Shown here: positions 18,800-27,700 of the stretch, one piece after another
Layout of the letters: each line of letters starts with the position of its first letter
Numbering within the stretch: the stretch's first letter is position 1
Origin: Nitrospirota bacterium
GTDB lineage: Bacteria; Nitrospirota; UBA9217
Assembly (NCBI GenBank): GCA_963751455.1
Contig: CAVVUN010000003.1
Location: 128,001 to 192,000, forward strand
DNA: 64,000 nucleotides
Direction of reading: 5' to 3'
Made by a program: the position numbers and the translations under genes
The notes under the pieces: generated by a model
Databases searched by the model: none
Seen by the model: only the letters and a program-made list of their open reading frames with translations
Told to the model about the DNA's origin: nothing

Positions 18800-18844
18800 T
18801 TCACACGGCAGGGGTCGCTGGTTCAAACCCAGCATCGCCCACCA
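18800..18844 (+). repeat. att core: duplicated 3' half of tRNA-Val (distal end of islet 2)
   Basis: Identical to 11035-11079, with identity extending through TGAAT. Confidence 0.95.
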
Positions 18845-18853
18845 TGAATCATC

Positions 18854-18888
18854 AAAGAGTCAGCACAATATGTGCTGACTCTTTTTTT
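18854..18888 (+). terminator. Intrinsic terminator (probably the original tRNA-Val terminator)
   Basis: AAAGAGTCAGCACA-ata-TGTGCTGACTCTTT followed by a T run. Confidence 0.85.
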
Positions 18889-18944
18889 GTTTTACGAGTT
18901 GAGGGCTTGATTAACTGCAACATCATGTGATATGATTTGTCCCG

Positions 18945-20564
18945 ATGTCAAAATATCTCATAATTCTTGCCGCCGCCATTGTAATCGTCATATTAATGGT
19001 CGTCTCCGTATCTGCTGCCGAAACAAAATCTGCCGCCACGAACACCAATAACCAGGCCGTCGTCACAATTGTCGAAGGCAGTGCTTCCGTTTATACTGCG
19101 AATACGCGCACGGGCCGTCCGCTTCAGAAGGGCCAGCGGCTGGCCAAGAATCACGAAGTAAAAGTCGGCGAGAAATCCAGAGTCGAAATCCGCTTTCCGG
19201 ATGGAACCTTCATGCGCCTCTCAGAAGGATCGCGTCTGGCCTTGGGCCAGCTCGAGTTCGACGGAAAAACCCGCCGCACGAACTTTCAGGTCTATCTCGT
19301 CATAGGCAGGCTCTGGGCAAAGGTGAAGAAACTGGCGACGCCTGAATCCCGCGTGGACCTGCATACCCAGACAGCCGTCGTGGGCGTCAGGGGGACAGCG
19401 TACAACGTTGATGTGAAGGCGGACAAGAGCGCCTTGATCAAAGTATACGACGGCGAGGTATCTGTGGCCGGTCCCCGGCCGCGCGGTGCGCCGGCAGGAA
19501 GATTGATCGTCAAGGCAAACCAGCAGGTAGCCGTCTCGAAACAGGGAGTAGTTGCCGAGCCCCAAATGTTCGACCCGAAGGCCGACACCGAGGAATGGCT
19601 TCGCTGGAACCAGCAGCGTGACACAGCTCCCGAAAACGACGGGGACGACTCGGCTGAGGCCGGAAAGTCTATCGACGGTGCGGCTGCACAGGCTCCTTCG
19701 ACGGCGTCAGCGACTGCGGCCGGCGCTTCTGGCCTGGCAGCCACTGCAGCGCTTGGCGCAGGAACAGCGGCGCCAGGTGCCGGAGTTGCCGCAGCCGGAT
19801 CAATCGTTGAAACAGGAGCAACCGCTCATGCCAAGGCAAAACCCGGTGCCGGTTCTCGCAGCGCCCATGATCTCGTCAGCATAATCGTTACGCCGTCACA
19901 AGCTTCAATCACGTCGGGTACAACGGAATCGTTCACGGCCACTGCATTTTTTTTCGACAACAGCAAAAAAGACATTACCTCTTCTGCTATGTGGAAGTCC
20001 TCGGATACGGGTGTTGCCCTCATCAGAAGGGCCGGCTCCGTGACCGGCGGAAAGGCCGGCACCGCAATCATCACGCTCGGGTACAGGAACCAGGAAGTAT
20101 CCGCCTCTGTTACCGTTACGTCTCCGCTTGTTTCGGAGAGCAAGCCCGGCGAGCAGGCATCTGCTCTTTCAAAACAGGGCAAGGGCGGAACTGTCAGATC
20201 CGGTTTCTTTTCTTACACGAGTGTCGCTGCGAAGAGACGCAGGTATTTTGGAAATGAAAATGCGATGATCGTATCGATAGCAGCAGCGAGTAAAATCGGT
20301 GTGGCAGGGTATCTTGTGTCGGAAGAACCGGATAAGCCCAACTCGAGCGATACGCGCTGGGTAAATTTCGATCCGGTCAGAGAATATTCGCGGAATGTGT
20401 TGTATACTGCGGGCGACGGCAGGGGCTCAAAAACGGTGTATGTCTGGTTTAAGGACGCAAACGGCGAAATGTCCGATGTGAAAAGCGATCAGGTTTACTT
20501 CTTTAATTCTTATTATGTAGTGCTGCTCTTCATCCTTGTACAGGGTGCGCTCATTGCTCTTTAG
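18945..20564 (+). CDS. Exported FecR-domain protein with Ala-rich linker and Ig-like (Big_2) domain
   Basis: Signal peptide, FecR motifs (VEIRFPDGT, TQTAVVGVRGT), Big_2 (IIVTP...WKSSDTGVA), C-terminal hydrophobic tail. Confidence 0.75.
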   Translation: MSKYLIILAAAIVIVILMVVSVSAAETKSAATNTNNQAVVTIVEGSASVYTANTRTGRPLQKGQRLAKNHEVKVGEKSRVEIRFPDGTFMRLSEGSRLALGQLEFDGKTRRTNFQVYLVIGRLWAKVKKLATPESRVDLHTQTAVVGVRGTAYNVDVKADKSALIKVYDGEVSVAGPRPRGAPAGRLIVKANQQVAVSKQGVVAEPQMFDPKADTEEWLRWNQQRDTAPENDGDDSAEAGKSIDGAAAQAPSTASATAAGASGLAATAALGAGTAAPGAGVAAAGSIVETGATAHAKAKPGAGSRSAHDLVSIIVTPSQASITSGTTESFTATAFFFDNSKKDITSSAMWKSSDTGVALIRRAGSVTGGKAGTAIITLGYRNQEVSASVTVTSPLVSESKPGEQASALSKQGKGGTVRSGFFSYTSVAAKRRRYFGNENAMIVSIAAASKIGVAGYLVSEEPDKPNSSDTRWVNFDPVREYSRNVLYTAGDGRGSKTVYVWFKDANGEMSDVKSDQVYFFNSYYVVLLFILVQGALIAL

Positions 20565-20579
20565 CGCAGCAACAAAAAA

Positions 20580-20712
20580 GATGATCTCGTAAAAAGTCGT
20601 CTCCCCGGTGAAAACCGGGGTCCAGTGGTTATCGAACTTATTGAAAAGACTGGATACCGGCGTTCGCCGGTATGACGAAATTGGGTGTTTTCTGACTTCT
20701 TACGAATGCATC
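20580..20712. repeat. Nested palindromic (REP/MITE-like) element
   Basis: Outer inverted repeat GATGATCTCGTAAAAAGTC / GACTTCTTACGAATGCATC. Inner hairpins GTCTCCCCGGTGAAAACCGGGGTCCAG and CTGGATACCGGCGTTCGCCGGTATGAC. A6 on both flanks. Confidence 0.75.
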
Positions 20713-20762
20713 AAAAAAGGCAAGTCGATAAAACCGACCTTGCCTCGCGTAAGAAGGCTATC

Positions 20763-21125
20763 TTATCCTTCCTGCATTTTTTCTTCCTCTTCCTGGCGTG
20801 TCTTGCATTCTATGCAGAGCGTGGTTACCGGCCGCGCCTCCAGCCGCTTTATGCTGATCTGCTCTCCGCACGACTCGCATACTCCGTAGGTGCCGCCGTC
20901 TATCCGGGCTATCGCTTCTTCGATCTTCTTAAGCAGCTTTTGTTCGCGTCCGCGCAAGCGGAGCAGAAAATTATTATCAAGTTCCGCTACCGCCTGGTCA
21001 GTCGGATCCGGGAAACTTTCCTTCTCGGTGCTGATCTTGCTATTGAGCGTATGTTCGGCTTCGGAGAGAAGGTCCGACCGCTGTTTCATGAGCTTTTTTT
21101 TGATGACTAACAGTTTGTTTTCCAT
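20763..21125 (-). CDS. dksA: RNA polymerase-binding protein DksA
   Basis: FPDPTDQA..E, RERK-like RGREQK, GTYGVCESCGEQI..KRLEARPVTTLCIECK. Confidence 0.92.
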   Translation of the reverse strand: MENKLLVIKKKLMKQRSDLLSEAEHTLNSKISTEKESFPDPTDQAVAELDNNFLLRLRGREQKLLKKIEEAIARIDGGTYGVCESCGEQISIKRLEARPVTTLCIECKTRQEEEEKMQEG

Positions 21126-21292
21126 TCCACATCCTCTGAAGAACAATATAACGCCGGGCGCGCAGGGGAACAAGATCCGAACAGCAGTTTAATAGTGTAC
21201 TATATCAGAAAAGCATAAGTGAGTCAATTGATAAATGCCTGCTTGGCTAATCCTCGATTGACAAATCGACTGCCCGCAGGTAATATTGCTCC

Positions 21293-22525
21293 ATGCTTAC
21301 CGAAAAACAGAAGCTCAACATGATCATGAAACTGGGTGTCGAGCTGACCGAGGTCAAGGACGTCGATGTGCTCCTCGAGCGCATTCTTCGGGAAGCGCGC
21401 AAGCTTGTACATGCGGATGCGGGTTCGATCTATGTCAAGGAAAAAGACAAGCTGAAGTTCAATTATACGCAGAACGAGACCCTGCAAAAGCGTCTGCCCC
21501 CGGGAAAGAAGCTGATCTATTCAACGTTTTCCATACCGATCAACAACCAGTCCATTTCGGGGTATGTAGGAAATACCGGCGAGACACTGAACATTCCCGA
21601 TGTATACCGGTTGAAGTCCGGCAACTCCTTCTCATTCAATAAATCATACGACGACCTGTCCGGATACCGTACGCAGTCGATGCTGACATTTCCGCTCAAA
21701 ACCAGCCGCGGGGAAGCGATCGGAGTACTCCAGCTTATCAATGCAAAGGATTCAAACGGGAAGGTCATTCGCTTTGCAAAAAAGGATGAGCCCCTGATCA
21801 TGCACTTCGCCAACATGGCGGCTGTCGCGATCGAACGGGCACAGATGACGAGGGCCATGATTCTTCGCACCATCAGGATGGCGGAGTTGCGCGACCCGAA
21901 AGAGACCGGGGCCCATGTGAACCGGGTGGCCTCGTACGCCGTAGCCATTTACGAGGTGTGGGCGGCCAAGCAAGGCATGCCTCATGACATTATCGATAAG
22001 AACAGGGACATCCTCCGTATGGCCGCCATGCTGCATGACGTAGGGAAGGTCGCAATTTCCGATGCGATCCTGAAAAAGCCCGGACGGCTCGACGACGCGG
22101 AGCGGGAGATCATGAAGCAGCATACCATCATGGGAGCCCGCCTGTTTGCCGACCGGTATTCTGATTTGGATGAAGCAGCCGCGCTCGTAGCACTGAACCA
22201 TCACGAGAAGTGGGACGGAACCGGGTATCCGGGCTATGTAAATCCCGACGATGGAAAGACAATCCCCGGATACGAAACACCGGACGGCGCTCCAAGGGCA
22301 AAAAAGGGTGCGGAGATTCCGCTGTTCGGCCGTATCGTCGCTCTTGCGGACGTGTACGACGCTCTTGGCTCCCGCAGGGTCTACAAGGAACGATGGGACG
22401 AAGCGCAGGTCCTGGAAGAGCTCAAGTCATCCTCGGGAACACACTTCGATCCGGACATGGTAGAAACCTTTTTTTCCTGCCTCGATACGATCCAAAGCAT
22501 TACGGAGCGGTATCCCGACCATTAG
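21293..22525 (+). CDS. GAF + HD-GYP cyclic-dinucleotide phosphodiesterase
   Basis: GAF domain (SGYRTQSMLTFP), ETGAHVNRV, LHDVGK, HHEKWDGTGYP, RIVALADVYDAL. Confidence 0.9.
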   Translation: MLTEKQKLNMIMKLGVELTEVKDVDVLLERILREARKLVHADAGSIYVKEKDKLKFNYTQNETLQKRLPPGKKLIYSTFSIPINNQSISGYVGNTGETLNIPDVYRLKSGNSFSFNKSYDDLSGYRTQSMLTFPLKTSRGEAIGVLQLINAKDSNGKVIRFAKKDEPLIMHFANMAAVAIERAQMTRAMILRTIRMAELRDPKETGAHVNRVASYAVAIYEVWAAKQGMPHDIIDKNRDILRMAAMLHDVGKVAISDAILKKPGRLDDAEREIMKQHTIMGARLFADRYSDLDEAAALVALNHHEKWDGTGYPGYVNPDDGKTIPGYETPDGAPRAKKGAEIPLFGRIVALADVYDALGSRRVYKERWDEAQVLEELKSSSGTHFDPDMVETFFSCLDTIQSITERYPDH

Positions 22526-22569
22526 CCGGGCAGTTTCTGCACCATACCTTTCTTCAATAATTTTCAGTT

Positions 22570-23247
22570 ATGAAAAAAAACAGGAAAAACCCCGGGCAGA
22601 AGAGTGCCGACTTTCAAAACAAGGCATTCAAACCTCTCAAAGAATACAAAGCCGTTTCCAAGCCCTGCGGAGTTGTAACCAAAAAGAGTGCGCGTCCGGA
22701 GCCGCGGGAAAAGGACGACGGCAAAGAGCTTTTTCTGCGCGCTGTTCAGGGCGTCAAAGCGATCAATGAAACACTTGACGGTCCGAATCCGATATCAGGC
22801 AAGGCTCCTGTTCCTGCAGAGCACCGGCAGGAGAGCGAAGAAAAAACACTTTTTCTTCAGGCAATGCAAAAAATCGGCACGACATTTCAGCCCAGTCTGA
22901 AAGAACACGCGGACGAGCCTGCCGCAGAGCGGCCCTCCTCGAGCAGGATGAAGCAGTTAAAGCGGGGCACAATCCGGATAACCGGACAAGTGGACCTGCA
23001 TGGCCACATCAGGGATGAGGCCCTTGCAAAGCTATCGGGCTTTATAACAGGAGCATTCAACCGGGGGCAGACGGCTGTTCTCGTCATTACCGGCAAAGGG
23101 ATCAACTCGCCTGAAGGACCCGTGCTCCGCGGCGCTGTATCGGAATGGCTCCGGGACAGTGCGAAGGGCATGGTCGCTGAATTCGCCAAGGCGCCCGGGA
23201 ACCTGGGCGGCAGCGGGGCTTTCGTCGTGTTCCTTAAAAACCGGTAG
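22570..23247 (+). CDS. Smr-domain endonuclease
   Basis: VDLHG, VLVITGKGINS..GPVLR, GGSGAFVVFL. Confidence 0.88.
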   Translation: MKKNRKNPGQKSADFQNKAFKPLKEYKAVSKPCGVVTKKSARPEPREKDDGKELFLRAVQGVKAINETLDGPNPISGKAPVPAEHRQESEEKTLFLQAMQKIGTTFQPSLKEHADEPAAERPSSSRMKQLKRGTIRITGQVDLHGHIRDEALAKLSGFITGAFNRGQTAVLVITGKGINSPEGPVLRGAVSEWLRDSAKGMVAEFAKAPGNLGGSGAFVVFLKNR

Positions 23248-23433
23248 AGTCTTGAATCCGTTTAAAGGCTATTCCTCTCGTAACACACCTCCTTCTTTCA
23301 AGCTTGCTTGTCCTGGTCGCAGCACTCCATGCCTCTCGTACTGAATGTTAGTGTTGACATTCTTCGCACGTCCAATTAGAATCGTTCTCCATGATTTGAT
23401 TTAGTGATATCGTGATAGCAAGGAGGGGTCGTT

Positions 23434-24627
23434 GTGGCGATTACCGTAAAGAACCCGATCGTCGAGATGGACGGCGATGAGATGACGCGTATCATCTGGG
23501 AGATGATCAAGAAAAAAATTTTTCTGCCTCACCTTAAAATGGATCTGAAATACTTTGACCTTGGGATCAGGCACCGCGACGAAACGGACGACAAGGTAAC
23601 GATCGAAGCGGCGAACGCCGTTAAAGAATTCGGGGTGGGCGTGAAATGCGCGACTATTACGCCGAACGCCGGCCGGGTCAAAGAGTACGGCCTGAAGCAG
23701 GCGTGGAAAAGCCCGAATGGGACGATACGTTCGATCCTTGACGGCACCGTCTTCCGTAAGCCGATCATCGTAAACAATATTCCGCCGGCGGTCCGGAGCT
23801 GGAAAAAGCCGATCAGCATCGGAAGGCACGCATACGGGGACATCTACAAGTCCGTGGAGTACAGGGTTCCGGGAGCCGGCAAGGCTGAGCTCGTATTCAC
23901 GCCGGCGGGCGGGGACGAAAAGGTGTCACTTCTTGTCCACGAGTTTAAAGGTGCGGGCGTTATCATGGGGATGCACAATACCGAGAAATCGATCAGGAGC
24001 TTTGCCAGGGCCTGCATTAATTATGCACTCAGTGAAAAGTGCGACATCTGGTTCGGAGCAAAGGACACGATATCGAAGACATACCACGGCTTTTTTAAGG
24101 AGATCTTCGATCATGAGGCGGAAGCCTGCAAGGCTGATTTTGATAAGCAGGGAACCAGATACCGCTACATGCTTATAGACGACGCTGTTGCGCAGATCAT
24201 GAAGGCCGAAGGCGGAATGCTGTGGGCGTGCATGAATTACGACGGCGATGTCATGAGCGACATGATTGCGTCAGGCTTCGGCAGCCTAGGGCTCATGACA
24301 TCGGTGCTTGTTTCGCCCGAGGGGAAGTACCTTTACGAAGCTGCCCACGGTACGGTCATGCGCCATTACTACGAGCACCTCAAAGGGAATCCGACGTCGA
24401 CCAATTCGGTCGCCTCGATCTTCGCCTGGACAGGAGCGATCGCCCGTCGAGGGGTAATGGACAGCAGCCCCGACGTTGTCGACTTTGCCCGGAGGGTCGA
24501 AGCGATCGTAATCAAGACCATCGAAAACGGAATCATGACAAAGGATCTCGCCTCAATCGCGCTTCCGAAGCCGGCTCAATATTCCCTTACCGAGGAGTTT
24601 ATTGACAAGGTAGCCGCAGGGTTGTAA
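23434..24627 (+). CDS. icd: NADP-dependent isocitrate dehydrogenase (eukaryote-like type)
   Basis: [44 protein letters not shown]. Confidence 0.96.
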   Translation: MAITVKNPIVEMDGDEMTRIIWEMIKKKIFLPHLKMDLKYFDLGIRHRDETDDKVTIEAANAVKEFGVGVKCATITPNAGRVKEYGLKQAWKSPNGTIRSILDGTVFRKPIIVNNIPPAVRSWKKPISIGRHAYGDIYKSVEYRVPGAGKAELVFTPAGGDEKVSLLVHEFKGAGVIMGMHNTEKSIRSFARACINYALSEKCDIWFGAKDTISKTYHGFFKEIFDHEAEACKADFDKQGTRYRYMLIDDAVAQIMKAEGGMLWACMNYDGDVMSDMIASGFGSLGLMTSVLVSPEGKYLYEAAHGTVMRHYYEHLKGNPTSTNSVASIFAWTGAIARRGVMDSSPDVVDFARRVEAIVIKTIENGIMTKDLASIALPKPAQYSLTEEFIDKVAAGL

Positions 24628-24635
24628 TTTAAGAG

Positions 24636-25412
24636 ATGCAGTTTGTAAAGAACAGGAAGCTTCAAATGTTGCAGGGGGAAAATGTGTCTCGATTCTGGCT
24701 GTATCACTGCCTGGTTCCTCTCGCGTTCTTTGTTTTTCTGGCTACTCTGTTTGAGTTCTCCAATATTGACCTCGCACTCTCGGATCGTTTTTACGACTTC
24801 ACAAACAGCCGCTGGTTTCTGCATGACGCCTGGTGGACAGAGCAGTTGATCCATTCCGGCGGTCGCAAGCTGATTCTGGTAATCGCACTGGCAGCACTCA
24901 CGGCATGGGGCCTTTCTTTCCGGCTCTCTGCTCTGCGCCCCTGGCGGCGGGCGGCGCTTTATTTTGTCCTTTCCATAGGAATCGGCACAGGCCTTGTCGC
25001 GCTCGGCAAAGCAACGACCAATCGCCACTGCCCCTGGGACTATGACCGTTATGGCGGGTCCGTGCCTTATGTCAGACTCTTCGAACAAAACCCTCCGGGG
25101 TGCAGCCGGGGAAATTGTTTTCCCGCCGGCCACGCATCAGGAGGCTTTGCCATGATGAGCGGCTACTTCATTTTTTACAAGCGCAACCGTCGCCTGGCGA
25201 TTGGCATCCTGGTGCTGGGACTGGCACTCGGCTCCCTCTTCGGTTTTGCACAAGTCGCCCGCGGAGCCCATTTCGTTTCCCACAACATCTGGACAGCGGC
25301 AATCTGCTGGTTTGCAGCTCTGCTGCTGTACACCACGCTGTTTCGCGGCCGGTTATGGTCCCAAGGACATCGATCAGACAAAGATTCCGGGGATTTGACG
25401 GGGGTAACTTGA
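24636..25412 (+). CDS. PAP2-family membrane phosphatase
   Basis: K....HCPW, CFPAGHA, RGAHFVSHN and multiple TM segments. Start uncertain. Confidence 0.85.
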   Translation: MQFVKNRKLQMLQGENVSRFWLYHCLVPLAFFVFLATLFEFSNIDLALSDRFYDFTNSRWFLHDAWWTEQLIHSGGRKLILVIALAALTAWGLSFRLSALRPWRRAALYFVLSIGIGTGLVALGKATTNRHCPWDYDRYGGSVPYVRLFEQNPPGCSRGNCFPAGHASGGFAMMSGYFIFYKRNRRLAIGILVLGLALGSLFGFAQVARGAHFVSHNIWTAAICWFAALLLYTTLFRGRLWSQGHRSDKDSGDLTGVT

Positions 25413-25413
25413 A

Positions 25414-26091
25414 ATGAGAATACTCCTTATCGAGGACGATCGGAAAATCGCTCTATTTATCGTTAAGGGGCTGAAGGAAGCCGGGTTCGCGGTCACGCAT
25501 GCATCGGACGGCGAAAACGGCCTCCAGTGGGCTCTTACCGAATCATTCGACGCCGCCATTGTCGACATCATGCTTCCGGGACGGAACGGCCTCTCCGTGA
25601 TAGAGGAACTCAGGCGGCGGAAAAGGAACCTCCCGGTCATCATCCTGAGCGCCAGGAGGTCGGTCGATGACCGCATCAGAGGCCTTCAGACAGGAAGCGA
25701 CGACTACCTTACCAAGCCGTTCTCCTTCTCCGAACTTCTGGCGCGGCTGCAGGCGCTCATCCGGAGAGCCAGCGGCACACCCGAACCTACTCGCCTCAAG
25801 TATGAGGATTTGTGTCTCGATCTGCTTACGCGGGAGGTCAGCCGGCAAGACAGGAGGATAGAGCTTCAGCCGCGCGAGTTTTCCCTTCTCGAATATCTTG
25901 TCCGAAACGCAGGCAAGGTGGTCTCGAGGACCATGATCATGGAGAGAGTGTGGGACTACAACTTCGACCCCCAGACGAATGTCGTCGAAGCGCGAATGAG
26001 CCGGCTGCGGGACAAAATCGACAGGGACTTCGAGATCAAGCTGATTCACACAATACGCGGAGCAGGGTATGTTCTTCGGAAAAATTCTTAA
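25414..26091 (+). CDS. OmpR-family response regulator
   Basis: LLIEDD, DIMLP, DDYLTKPF, winged helix IHTIRGAGY. Confidence 0.93.
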   Translation: MRILLIEDDRKIALFIVKGLKEAGFAVTHASDGENGLQWALTESFDAAIVDIMLPGRNGLSVIEELRRRKRNLPVIILSARRSVDDRIRGLQTGSDDYLTKPFSFSELLARLQALIRRASGTPEPTRLKYEDLCLDLLTREVSRQDRRIELQPREFSLLEYLVRNAGKVVSRTMIMERVWDYNFDPQTNVVEARMSRLRDKIDRDFEIKLIHTIRGAGYVLRKNS

Positions 26092-27469
26092 GCTGGGACA
26101 TACGCTCGCATTCCGGCTCACCCTCTGGTACGCGGGGATTTTCACCCTGTCGTCACTGCTCGCTTTTGTCGCCTTTTATTTTTCAATTGCCTCCCTGGTA
26201 CAGCAACAAACGGACGAAGAACTTACAAAAGAAATAGCAGAGTTCACATCCCTGCTCTCGGTGCAGGGCATGGAGGCAGTCAAGGCCAATCTGAATTTCG
26301 AGGCGGAGTCCAGCGGAGTTGAGAATATATTCTTCCGCATCCTGACGCCTGGAGGGAAGGTTTTAGCGTCATCAAACGTGTCTTCATGGGAAGATGTCAG
26401 CGCCGACAGCGCCCTATTGAAGCAGGCAGCTGGCGGTGCCGGCAGGCTGTTTGAAACGGTGGCTGCTCCTGAACATGACCACAACATCCGTATAGCCTAC
26501 GGTCGGATCGCACCCGGTATAATCATGCAGATAGGGTATTCGCTTATCGATGAAGAGGCGTTCATGGAGATATCCCGCCGCATTTTCGGCATTTCGCTGG
26601 CCGTTCTCATGATTGTCGCTGCGGTCGCAGGCTGGTTCATGGCCCGTCGGGCTCTTCGCGGCGTAGAGGCAGTGACCAAAACTGCCGCGGAGATCGCAAA
26701 AGGCGCACTGGAGCTGCGGGTACCGGTCACGGCAGGGAGCGAGGAGCTCGACCGGCTCGCGCAGACCTTCAACACCATGCTTGACCGCATCCACGCCCTG
26801 ATAAAAGGGATGCGGGAGATGACGGATAACATCGCCCACGATCTGCGCAGTCCCATTACGAGGATCCGCGGTATCGCCGAGATAACTCTGACCACGCAGG
26901 CATCCCCGGCCGACTATGAAGCGATGGCGGCAAACACGATCGAGGAATGCGACCGCTTGCTGGAGATGATCAACACGATGCTGGACATCACGGAAGTCGA
27001 GGCAGGAGCTGTCAGACTCAGGCTGGGAAAAATTGATTTCGGAGGGCTGGTCCGGGATGCATGTGAACTGTTCCGCCCGATTGCGGAAGACAAGGACATC
27101 AGCCTCAGTTGCAGCTTCCTCAAAGGTCATTCGGTCGGGGGAGACGTTCAGCGGCTCCAGCGCATGGTGGCCAACCTGATCGACAATGCCCTGAAGTATA
27201 CGCCGTCCCAGGGAAGGGTGACTGTTTCGCTCGATGAGAAGGAAGGGGGCGTTGAGCTTAGCGTCAGCGACACCGGAGTCGGAATATCGGAGACGGAGCT
27301 GCCCCGTATATTCGAGCGCTTTTATCGGTGCGATCAGAGCAGGTCCCAGCCAGGCACGGGTCTCGGGCTAAGCCTTGTAAGGGCGATAGCCGCGGCGCAC
27401 GGCGGCTCCATTGCTGTTACCAGCTCGCCGGGCAAAGGCAGCATCTTTACGGTCACTTTGCCGCGATAG
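26069..27469 (+). CDS. HAMP sensor histidine kinase
   Basis: Two TMs, HAMP, IAHDLRSP, NLIDNALKY, GTGLGLS. Confidence 0.93.
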   Translation: MFFGKILKLGHTLAFRLTLWYAGIFTLSSLLAFVAFYFSIASLVQQQTDEELTKEIAEFTSLLSVQGMEAVKANLNFEAESSGVENIFFRILTPGGKVLASSNVSSWEDVSADSALLKQAAGGAGRLFETVAAPEHDHNIRIAYGRIAPGIIMQIGYSLIDEEAFMEISRRIFGISLAVLMIVAAVAGWFMARRALRGVEAVTKTAAEIAKGALELRVPVTAGSEELDRLAQTFNTMLDRIHALIKGMREMTDNIAHDLRSPITRIRGIAEITLTTQASPADYEAMAANTIEECDRLLEMINTMLDITEVEAGAVRLRLGKIDFGGLVRDACELFRPIAEDKDISLSCSFLKGHSVGGDVQRLQRMVANLIDNALKYTPSQGRVTVSLDEKEGGVELSVSDTGVGISETELPRIFERFYRCDQSRSQPGTGLGLSLVRAIAAAHGGSIAVTSSPGKGSIFTVTLPR

Positions 27470-27700
27470 CGGCTCTTCTTCCTGGTTTTCATTTCCATGT
27501 TTTTTCTCATTTGCAGAATATCCGCGATACGCCGTCCTTAAAAGCCCAGTTGCAATTCTTGTTTTTTTCAAACATTACCAAAAGATAATATTGCGGCAAT
27601 CTTCAGGTAAACCCCTTATTGTATCATTCCTTCAATATTTTTTATTGCTATAGTCCAAGCAAGAACACTTCGGCCATTGCGGCATATGTAAAGGGGCAGC

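Larger units (their letters stand above)
15687..18844. mobile_element. Genomic islet 2 at tRNA-Val (integrase deleted)
   Basis: Bounded by att copies at 15687 and 18800. TGTGCAGT pairs at 15780/15791 and 18662/18674, an integrase remnant, and AT-rich cargo. Confidence 0.88.

Noticed and set aside
15687-18844. Second and third tRNA-Val genes
   Set aside because: Only the 3' half from the anticodon loop is present, with no 5' acceptor strand or D arm. These are att sites.
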